Below are positions 56,501 through 64,000 of a DNA stretch of 64,000 nucleotides, piece by piece (position 1 is the first letter of the stretch; every line of letters starts with the position of its first letter). Source of the DNA: Bacteroidota bacterium (lineage in GTDB: Bacteria; Bacteroidota; Rhodothermia; Rhodothermales; Bin80); contig JAPPGC010000027.1 of NCBI GenBank assembly GCA_028875125.1, forward strand, positions 4,781-68,780, written 5' to 3'. The position numbers and the translations under genes are program-made. Below the pieces are notes generated by a model that saw nothing but the letters and a program-made list of their open reading frames with translations, did no database searches and was not told where the DNA came from.

Positions 56501-57606
56501 GCATGCCCACAGGCCACACACTTGAACTTGCTTTGGGTCTTGCGATTATCCTTACTCGTGTGTCCGCATACCGAGCACCCTTGGCTCGTATATCGAGCAT
56601 CTACTGCTACAACATTTCTGAATTTATAATCGCAGTATTGATTGAACCGACCCCATCCGGCATCCTGGATTACACGGTTCAGCCCTGCCTTTGCCTTGAC
56701 GTTCTTGCCGGGATTTTCTACCGTGCCCTTCGCGGACTTGGTCATTCCCTTGATGTTGAGATCCTCCCGCACGAGCGTCTCCGCCCTGCTTGCCAGTGTC
56801 TTGCTGTGATGGTGCGCCGCGTTCTTGCGTGCATTCTTCTGCTTGCGCTTCCATTTGGCGATCTTCTGCTTGGTCACACGTCTACGGTTTGATCCTTTCT
56901 GCTGACGGGCCAGCTTGCGCTGGTACCGTCTTATGCGGATCTCCTTCGTGTCCGGCTTAGGGATGTCCAGCAGCTCTTGCTCTCCCGTTGAGTGTGTACA
57001 CGCCACGTTGTACGTGTTCAAGTCTACGCCAACCGCGACACCGTTCTCGGTGCGTTCCTGAGTGGCTATCTCGTATATGACCGATACCCTCCACCGACGA
57101 CCTACCTTCTTCACCGTAGCCTTCACGGGCTTGCCGTCTGGATATGGGTTTCCTCCCTTGCGGCGTATCCGCATCCAACCAACCTTTGGGATATGCAACT
57201 GCCCGTCTTTGATCTTGACGTTGTAAGGAATTGTGAATGATGGACGCTTGCCATACTTGGAATGAAATCGGGGATGCTTGCGAACGCCCTTGTAGAATCC
57301 TTGCCATGCGTCCGCCTGATACTTGAGCGTATGTCTAACTATTTTGAATGAGTACTCCTGCATCCAGTCAATCTCCTTACGCAACTGCGTGAATTCCTTG
57401 CCGAGCGAGAAGAAAGATGTGGACGGTTTCTTTGCTCCGTTCTTCTTCGCCAGCTCGTACTCCTTCTTGTTCTTCGCAAGAAAGTGATTCCACACGAACC
57501 TGCAAGCGCCCGCTATGCCTGACAGCTTCCTTGCATTTGACCTTGATCCGGGAAGCAGCCTGTACTCAACCCCGCGATATTCCCTGTCTTGTACCTCTAC
57601 AGTCAT
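56368..57606 (-). CDS. tnpB: TnpB RNA-guided endonuclease (OrfB_IS605 + OrfB Zn-ribbon)
   Basis: 412 aa. RuvC-I is VGVDLNTYN and RuvC-II is LVREDLNIKGM. The Zn ribbon is CSVCGH...CVACGH. RuvC-III is HADLNASANI. The frame is intact. Confidence 0.92.
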   Translation of the reverse strand: MTVEVQDREYRGVEYRLLPGSRSNARKLSGIAGACRFVWNHFLAKNKKEYELAKKNGAKKPSTSFFSLGKEFTQLRKEIDWMQEYSFKIVRHTLKYQADAWQGFYKGVRKHPRFHSKYGKRPSFTIPYNVKIKDGQLHIPKVGWMRIRRKGGNPYPDGKPVKATVKKVGRRWRVSVIYEIATQERTENGVAVGVDLNTYNVACTHSTGEQELLDIPKPDTKEIRIRRYQRKLARQQKGSNRRRVTKQKIAKWKRKQKNARKNAAHHHSKTLASRAETLVREDLNIKGMTKSAKGTVENPGKNVKAKAGLNRVIQDAGWGRFNQYCDYKFRNVVAVDARYTSQGCSVCGHTSKDNRKTQSKFKCVACGHADHADLNASANILASGIGATGRGGAFSLETPMSRQIEGIFNYAP

Positions 57607-57628
57607 GATGTAGATTGCCGGATTGCTT

Positions 57629-57656
57629 AATATACAGAATGCAGAAATTGAGTCAA
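57629..57656 (-). promoter_or_regulatory. sigma70-like promoter inside the IS left end
   Basis: On the minus strand, TTGACT (57656-57651) is followed by a 16-nt spacer and then TATATT (57634-57629). This lies 22 nt upstream of the tnpB ATG. Confidence 0.3.
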
Positions 57657-57695
57657 CTATTTACTATAACTCCCAATAATTACCACACGCATGCA

Positions 57696-60600
57696 TCAGT
57701 ATTTCTCAATAACTTCATCAAAGGATAGCAATGCATTGGCGACCATGGTATGTGCAGCCCATTCAACAGGGTCTAGTCCCGCTTGCAGTTGAGACTCTCC
57801 GGTTTCTAACAGCTGTCTGGCTGCTGCGGGATCCTTTGAAAATTCCTCAAGCTGTTCAGTATATAGAGTCTGCAATGCTTTCGTTTCGGATGGATCTGGA
57901 CTTCGTCCGGTTAACAGTCTAAATCCAAACGCAATTTGATCTTCAAGTGTTTCCTTTCCGAGCATGCGGGCGGCTATATGACGGGATGCTTCCACGTACT
58001 GCGGGTCATTGAGCAGAACCAGGGCCTGCATGGGGGTCGCCGTACGCTGCCGCCGCATCACACACTGTGCGCGTGTTGGCATGTCAAACGTGATCAGAGA
58101 AGGAGGTGGGGAAGTGCGCTTGAAGAAGGTGTATAGTGTGCGCCGGTAGAGGTCAGGGCCTGAGCCTTGCTCATACCTGATCCCGGCCTTTTCCTGCCAG
58201 AGTCCTCCTGGCTGATACGGTTTAACTGCAGGTCCACCGAGCGTTCGATCAAGAAGTCCACTGACTGCAAGTGCCTGATCGCGCACCATCTCTGCACTCA
58301 GGCGAAGTCTGGGGCCTCGTGCCAACAACTTATTATCGGGGTCAAGCTCCAGGAGCTTGGGAGTAGCTTCAGACTGTTGGCGGTAGGTAGCGCTGGTCAC
58401 GATCAGGCGCTGCATAGCCTTGATGTCCCATCCCGAGTTAATGAATGTTGTGGCCAAGTAATCCAGCAGTTCAGGGAAGGATGGCAGCGCGCCCTGTCGT
58501 CCAAAATCTTCAGGTGTGGAGACAATGCCGGTTCCGAAGTACTTTTGTCAATATCGGTTCACTGCAACCCGGGCGGTAAGTGGATGCTCTGGATGAAACA
58601 GCCATCTGGCCAAGCCGAGGCGGTTTCGAGGTGCATCATCGGGGAAAGGCAGGATAGCTTCTGGTGTGTGTGGTTCAACGGGCTCCCCTTTTGCATCGTA
58701 CTGGCCACGGTTCAATATGTACGCGGTCCGTGGGGAGGACATCTCCTCAGTGACCATGATTGCCGGGATACCTTCAAAGAGGGTGTTCTCTTTTTCGCGC
58801 AGGGTTTGGAGAACGGCCTGTGCGCGCTGCCAAGGAGTCACTTCATGTGCTAGGTACCATTGAAAAAGATCGTCTCGATCCGGGGTCACTTCTGTTATCC
58901 CTGCCAAGCGCGCAACCTCAAAGCCATACAGCTTCCGATCGTACAGGCGCAGTTCATCAACAGCACCGCTACGCAGGCCGCTATCCCGAAATCGGTACGC
59001 GATTTGCAGGGGGACCTTCATATTTTCGTACGTGATATGTCGGTTAAGGCCATCACGCACGGTTTCTACATCAGCGAGGAGCCCATTGACGTATAGGCGC
59101 ACACCTGAGGCGCGGCTGGATCCATCGTAAGTCATGGCTACATGCGTCCAATCTCCGAGCGGGAGGGTATCAATCGTCTGGACGCGCAGGGCATTTTGGG
59201 GCCACATATGGGCCAGTTGAGCGACAAGGCGACCGTCCAAAAGTACAAGCTCCCAGCCGCGGCTGCCGGCATCCAGTGCAGCCTGCGTGCGATGTATGAT
59301 GGCACCTGTTTCTTCTCCCGGATTGATCCAGAGACTTACGGTGAAGGGGTGAGTTCGCCGGAATTCACCCATACCTGCGAAGGAGAAGCCGCTCTCACCG
59401 TCAAAAGCCATCGCGTGCCCCTCGTAGCCTGGCACTACATCTGGAGTGAAGACGGCTGTCCCCTGTTTGCCATCATGGCATGGTAACGTTGGTCCGTTCA
59501 GGCGTTCAAACTCGCAGGTGAGAATGGGTCTGGGGTCGGTATCTGGCGGCAACGGCTGATCCCAGGAGGTAAAGCCGAGCCTTGACATTTCCGCTATATT
59601 GTCAACTGCACGCTCCGCTGATTCAATTTCACGTGCAAGACGATCCAGTTCCCCCTTATCATCCGGCGTAGGCAGGTCTAGTGCGGGCACGGGCACTGCA
59701 TTCGTAAAATGTGAAGTCTGCCCGGACTCGTCCACATTGTTAAAAAAACTGAAGAGCCCATAGTAGTTGGCTTGAGTAATCGGATCGTACTTGTGATCGT
59801 GGCAGCGTGCACATTCAAGGGTCAGGCCCATGAATGCTGCCCCAACCGTGTTAACGCGATCCGCCACATATTCCGTGCGGAACTCTTCTTCAATACTGCC
59901 CCCTTCATTAGTCTGGCGATGGTTGCGGTTGAAGGTGGTCGCCAGCCGTTGATTCAGCGTTGCATTTGGCAGCAGGTCCCCTGCAAGCTGCCAGGTTGCG
60001 AACGTATCAAAGGGCAGGTTCTCATTGTAGGCTTCCACGACCCAGTCTCTCCACGGCCACACGTTCCGATCCCTATCATTCTGATATCCATGTGTGTCCG
60101 CGAATCTGGCGATATCCAGCCACATGGAGGCCATATGCTCTCCATAAGCCGGAGAGTCAAGCAGCCGATCAACAACCTTTTCATAGGCATGAGCAGAGGT
60201 GTCTGCAAGAAAAGCGTCCAGTTCTTCCAGCGTTGAGGGAAGACCGGTTAGGTCAAGTGTGACGCGTCTGAGGAGCGTGCCTGGGTCTCCCTCTGGAGCT
60301 GGGGTCAGTCCTTCCGACTCGAGACGTGCCAGCGTAAAGTGATCAATTCCGTTGTTTGGCCAATCTGATTGTTGGACGGCCGGTACGGGTAAATCAGCAG
60401 CCGGCAGGAAGCTCCAGTGTGGTTTCCATTCGGCTCCCTGTTCAATCCAGCGACTGAGGAGTGCAATTTCGTGACCAGAAAGTGAGAGCTTCGATTCAGG
60501 CGGGGGCATGCGCACCTCTGGATCATCGGAGTGAATACGGAAATGCAGACGGCTCTTTCTAAGGCTTCCCGGCACGACAGCATATCCACCGGAAGCGAGA

Positions 60601-60794
60601 CGCTCCTGCTTTGCCCCAGCCTCCTCATCCAGACGCAGGCCGGCCTGCCGTGCGTTCGCATCAGGACCATGGCAGGCGTAACAGCGGTCCGAAAGGATCG
60701 GCCGGACGTGAAAATTGTAGTCAACGACTTCCGGCAACGTTGCATCCCGTGAATGCAGTTCACTCCCGCACCCGGCTGTCATCAGCAAGGTCAT
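57696..60794 (-). pseudogene. PSCyt1/DUF1549/LamG/DUF1553 gene, copy B, interrupted by an in-frame TGA
   Basis: ORFs 58548..60794 and 57696..58457 together are colinear with copy A. At 58548-58550, copy A TGG (..VNRYWQKYF..) is TGA in copy B (..VNRY*QKYF..). A second TGG-to-TGA change at 60822-60824 truncates the signal-peptide region. Confidence 0.8.
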
Positions 60795-60816
60795 GCAAAC
60801 TGCAAAGGGGACGATT

Positions 60817-62277
60817 TCAGGTCAGGAGATCCTGAACCACATGGCCATGCACATCTGTTAGTCTATACCGGCGTCCCTGGTGACGAAATGTGAGCCGCTC
60901 ATGTTCAATGCCCAGCAAGTAGAGAATTGTCGCCTGGAAGTCGTGCACATGAACGGGGTTCTGTGTGATGTTGTATCCCAGGTCATCGGTGGCTCCGTAA
61001 GTGAGGCCAGGCTTGATCCCGCCCCCGGCCATCCAGATGGTGAAGCATCGCGGATGGTGGTCTCGTCCATAGTTTGTTTCTGTGAGCGTGCCCTGTGAAT
61101 AATTCGTACGGCCGAATTCGCCGCCCCAGATAACCAGCGTATCGTCCAGCAGTCCCCGTTGCTTCAGGTCTGTGACCAGCGCTGCAGATGGTTGATCGGT
61201 ATCCTTGCATTGCAGCGCAATGTCGCTTGGCAGGTTGCTGTGCTGGTCCCAGCCCATATGGTAAAGTTGAATAAAGCGTACATCCCGTTCAGCTAGACGG
61301 CGGGCCAGGAGGCAGTTGGCTGCATAAGTACCAGGTGTGCGCGCAGCTTCTCCGTAGAGCTCGAACGTTGCTTCGGGCTCGTCTGACAGGTCGGTCACAT
61401 CGGGCACAGAGGTTTGCATCCGGTAAGCCATTTCGTATTGGGCAATGCGCGACTGGATTTCTGGATCTCCAGTGACGTCATAATGCATTTCATTCAGGCG
61501 GGCCAGATGTTTGAGCATACTGCGCCGGTCACCGGTATTCAGTCCAGGCGGGTTATTCAGGTATAAAACTGGATCTCCTCCTGCCCGGAACTGCACTCCC
61601 TGATGCAGGGCTGCCAGAAACCCGTTGCCCCAAAGACGGGAATAGATGGGTTGTGGGCGCTGGAGCCCGCGGGACAGGAGAACGCAGAAAGTGGGCAGGT
61701 CCTCGTTGGAGCTGCCCAGTCCGTAGCTCAACCAGGCGCCCATACTAGGGCGTCCAGGTTGTTGCGAGCCGGTTTGGAAGAAGGTAATAGCCGGGTCATG
61801 ATTGATTGCCTCGGTGTACATGGACCGCACAATACAGAGCTCATCGGCAATTTTGGAAGTGTAGGGTAACAGATCACTTATCCATGCGCCGCTGTTACCG
61901 TGTTGTGCAAACGAATTTAAGGAAGGCGCAAGAGGCAGTGAATTTTGGTAGGCGGTCATGTCGGTCAGGCGCTGTCCCATCCGGATAGATTCCGGTAGGT
62001 CCTGCCCTCTTCTTTGCTGAAGTGTGGGCTTATAGTCAAAGAGTTCAAGCTGGGATGGCCCACCGCTTTGGAAAAGATAAATTATCCGGCGCGCCTTGGG
62101 GGCAATGTGAGGGGAATTCAGAATTCCCCGAAAAGCTGAGCCTGCGGCCAATTGATCGGATGTTTGGGCACATCCCATCAGGAATGCGAGCGCTGCACCG
62201 CCTATTCCAAGACTCAGTTTTGAAAAGAAGTGTCGCCGGTTCATGCAACACCCGGCATCATAGAAGGGATCACTCAT
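60817..62277 (-). CDS. DUF1501 protein with Tat signal
   Basis: 486 aa. The Tat leader is [42 protein letters not shown] is present. The start overlaps the upstream stop by 4 nt. Confidence 0.85.
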   Translation of the reverse strand: MSDPFYDAGCCMNRRHFFSKLSLGIGGAALAFLMGCAQTSDQLAAGSAFRGILNSPHIAPKARRIIYLFQSGGPSQLELFDYKPTLQQRRGQDLPESIRMGQRLTDMTAYQNSLPLAPSLNSFAQHGNSGAWISDLLPYTSKIADELCIVRSMYTEAINHDPAITFFQTGSQQPGRPSMGAWLSYGLGSSNEDLPTFCVLLSRGLQRPQPIYSRLWGNGFLAALHQGVQFRAGGDPVLYLNNPPGLNTGDRRSMLKHLARLNEMHYDVTGDPEIQSRIAQYEMAYRMQTSVPDVTDLSDEPEATFELYGEAARTPGTYAANCLLARRLAERDVRFIQLYHMGWDQHSNLPSDIALQCKDTDQPSAALVTDLKQRGLLDDTLVIWGGEFGRTNYSQGTLTETNYGRDHHPRCFTIWMAGGGIKPGLTYGATDDLGYNITQNPVHVHDFQATILYLLGIEHERLTFRHQGRRYRLTDVHGHVVQDLLT

Positions 62278-64000
62278 CGGTACTGAGCCTCGTCCAAATT
62301 CAGAATGGTACTGGTTACAACAGTCATGGCAGCCAGTTTCACAATGTCACCTTTACGCCTGAGCGGGGTTATGCCCACCGACACTAGCGCGCGTGCACTG
62401 GTTGGGTCCTGTTCGAATTTACGAGTTTGTTCCTCCAGAAGATCAGTAAGCGTGTCAAGCTCTCCTGCCTCCGGTGATCTGGAGGTAAGCCAGCGAAAGG
62501 CCTCTGCAATCTGTTCTTGCTGATTTGTGCCTTCGCCGGCAAGCACGCGGGCGGCAAGTGCACGCGCGGCTTCCACATACTGGGGATCGTTCAATAGCAC
62601 CAGAGACTGCAGTGGTGTCGCGGTGGTTTGCCGCTCCACCGTACACACCGACCGCTCCGGAGCGTCAAAGGTCAGCATTGCCGGCGGGGGGATCGTCCGC
62701 TTCCAGTAGGTATAGAGGCTGCGCCTGTGAACATCTGGGCCGGGGCGATAGCGGTTCTCCCCAATCTGGTTCGCAAGTGCCCGCCAGAGTCCAGCCGGTT
62801 GATAGGGGCGTACCGGCTCGCCGCCAATCGTCGGGTTTAGCAGATTACTGACCAATAACGCATTGTCGCGCATCATTTCGGCAGACAATCGCTTGCGAGG
62901 AGCACGTGTCAACAGCATATTGTTTGGATCCCGTTCCCGAAGGATTCTTGTCATTCGGCTGCTTTGACGGTAGGTGGCGGACAGGACAATCTCCCGAATC
63001 AATGCCTTGGTATCATAATCCAGGTCAATGAACCTCGTAGCCAGATAATCAAGCAGTGCTGGATTGGACGGTAGTGCGCCTTGGTTACCAAAGTCTTCTG
63101 GTGTGTGAACCAATCCTTCTCCGAAGAGCAGTTGCCAGAGGCGGTTTACAGCTACGCGTGCGGTCAGTGGATTGTCTTCATGCACAATCCACTGTGCAAG
63201 TCCATACCGGTTACGTGGCAGACCGTCAGGAAAGGAAAGGATTGCCGCCGGAGTCCCCGGTCCCACGGAGTCCATAGGCGCATCATATGCGCCACGGTCC
63301 AGAACATGCGTGGTGCGTGGTTCGGGCATATCCTCCATGACCATAACATTGGGTACACGTCTGAGTGCACGCCGCAGGCTGTCCAGCACAGCATTTGCTG
63401 CGCTCAATCCGGGATCGTAATGGGCTTGATAGTGGGCGGTCGTTTGAGTAGCGGGCTCCTGTCCTGCAAGGTAGGCGACTTCCAGGTCCGTGAGTACCCG
63501 GGCATGTACATAGAGGTCGTCCAGAGTACCGTCCCTTACCCCTTCAATATCACCAATCGTACGATTGCGGTGAGTCCAGTTGCCTGCAAGGAGCCCGTTT
63601 CCGTTCAGAATACTTTCACGTGCAAGCGAGTCTTCGTTAACACGAACACGGCTTGAAATGCCATTTAGGTACAGGGTAACTCCTTGTGCGCGTCCACTGC
63701 CATCGTAGGTGGCAGAGATATGGGTCCATATATCTGCCGGGATTTGTTGTGTGGTCTGCACGGAGATCTGATGGTTTCCGTCGTGTATCAGGCGAAGTCG
63801 AAGCCAACCTTCTTTGGTACGTGCGAGGTCGTAGCCACCACGCTTTTGCTCCCCGTTTCGTTTGGAGAACAGTGCAATATCTTTTGGCTGGTCTTGGATG
63901 AGTATCCAGGCGCTCAGTGAGAACCGGTCGTACCACTCAAAGTCAGCATCTAGTCCGAGGTTTAGAAAATTCTGCCCGTCAAAGGTTAATCCATTGCCGC
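62274..64000 (-). CDS. PSCyt/DUF1549/LamG/DUF1553-family protein, 3' part (5' end beyond the right edge)
   Basis: The track ORF starts at GTG 63761, but my own translation shows the frame stays open to base 64000. It reads ..[87 protein letters not shown].., a LamG-like module. The C-terminal half is DUF1553 ([18 protein letters not shown]). Confidence 0.8.
   Translation of the reverse strand, partial: GNGLTFDGQNFLNLGLDADFEWYDRFSLSAWILIQDQPKDIALFSKRNGEQKRGGYDLARTKEGWLRLRLIHDGNHQISVQTTQQIPADIWTHISATYDGSGRAQGVTLYLNGISSRVRVNEDSLARESILNGNGLLAGNWTHRNRTIGDIEGVRDGTLDDLYVHARVLTDLEVAYLAGQEPATQTTAHYQAHYDPGLSAANAVLDSLRRALRRVPNVMVMEDMPEPRTTHVLDRGAYDAPMDSVGPGTPAAILSFPDGLPRNRYGLAQWIVHEDNPLTARVAVNRLWQLLFGEGLVHTPEDFGNQGALPSNPALLDYLATRFIDLDYDTKALIREIVLSATYRQSSRMTRILRERDPNNMLLTRAPRKRLSAEMMRDNALLVSNLLNPTIGGEPVRPYQPAGLWRALANQIGENRYRPGPDVHRRSLYTYWKRTIPPPAMLTFDAPERSVCTVERQTTATPLQSLVLLNDPQYVEAARALAARVLAGEGTNQQEQIAEAFRWLTSRSPEAGELDTLTDLLEEQTRKFEQDPTSARALVSVGITPLRRKGDIVKLAAMTVVTSTILNLDEAQYR

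Larger units (their letters stand above)
56356..57675 (-). mobile_element. non-autonomous IS200/IS605-type element carrying only tnpB (no tnpA)
   Basis: The boundaries come from comparison with the uninterrupted paralogous site at 53118-53132. The host sequence GTAATTAT|AGCCC is split by 1320 bp. The element is 69 bp of left end, tnpB, and 12 bp after the stop. Confidence 0.8.
56327..57696 (-). pseudogene. 50-bp 5' fragment of a DUF1501 gene, split by the IS (21 bp at 57676-57696 and 29 bp at 56327-56355)
   Basis: The fragment reads atgcatgcgtgtggtaattat | IS | agccctctcagcactcgcagggagtttct. The intact gene at 53145 reads atgcatgaatgttgtaattatagcccccttagcactcgcagggagttttt. Beyond 56327 the sequence switches to the last 61 bp of a DUF1501 gene (56266-56326, homologous to 60817-60877). 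Confidence 0.85.
53096..60877. repeat. tandem segmental duplication with a 3231-bp unit (copy A 53096-56326; copy B 56327-60877, interrupted by a 1320-bp IS)
   Basis: A constant 4551-bp offset links homologous landmarks: 53145/57696, 56266/60817 and 56326/60877. The copies are roughly 90% identical by eye. The joint lies at 56326|56327. Confidence 0.9.

Noticed and set aside
58548-58550. The in-frame TGA in PSCyt copy B as a possible selenocysteine or programmed recoding site.
   Set aside because: The paralogue has Trp (TGG) at this position rather than Cys or Sec. A second TGG-to-TGA change exists in the same copy. I see no obvious stem-loop immediately downstream. A simple nonsense mutation is the economical reading.
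53096-60877. The repetitive ORF pattern in the 53-61 kb region as a possible CRISPR-like or other short-repeat array.
   Set aside because: The repetition is a single 3.2-kb two-copy gene duplication. It is not a set of short regularly spaced repeats, and no repeat-spacer periodicity is seen anywhere in the window.

Overview
This is a chromosomal window of moderate GC content. It probably comes from an FCB-group bacterium (Bacteroidota, Rhodothermota or Balneolota-like). The evidence is two proteins with T9SS-type C-terminal sorting domains, a PorV-like barrel, TonB-dependent receptors with CarboxypepD_reg N-domains, and a DUF4249 partner gene.

Layout:
- 1-16.1 kb, minus strand: housekeeping and cell-envelope genes. 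They are an FG-GAP protein fragment, two tandemly duplicated flippases, a polytopic membrane protein, a Fem/GNAT-like protein, hslV-NYN-hslU, dacB, mreC, mreB, purH, purN and ldcA.
- 16.1-37.2 kb, plus strand: WbqC-like protein, MscS, a DUF4212 + SSS pair, a lipoprotein, and an SGLT-type symporter. Next comes a trio of a 1127-aa TonB-dependent receptor, a 780-aa T9SS-CTD protein and a PorV-like barrel. After that are three tandem CRTAC1/ASPIC-UnbV lipoproteins, a TPR lipoprotein and an alpha/beta-hydrolase.
- 37.7-64 kb, minus strand: a plant-type LRR protein with a T9SS CTD, a DUF488 gene bracketed by 207-bp direct repeats, DUF4249, a TonB-dependent receptor and a sulfatase. These are followed by a DUF2231-cytochrome c-LRR fusion and repeated pairs of PSCyt/DUF1549/DUF1553 haem lipoproteins with Tat-exported DUF1501 proteins.

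The last block holds a 3231-bp tandem segmental duplication. One copy carries nonsense mutations, and a standalone 1.32-kb TnpB (IS200/IS605-type, OMEGA nuclease) element sits in the duplication joint.

I saw no rRNA, tRNA or CRISPR array. All family names come from reading the translations from memory. No HMM or BLAST search was possible.
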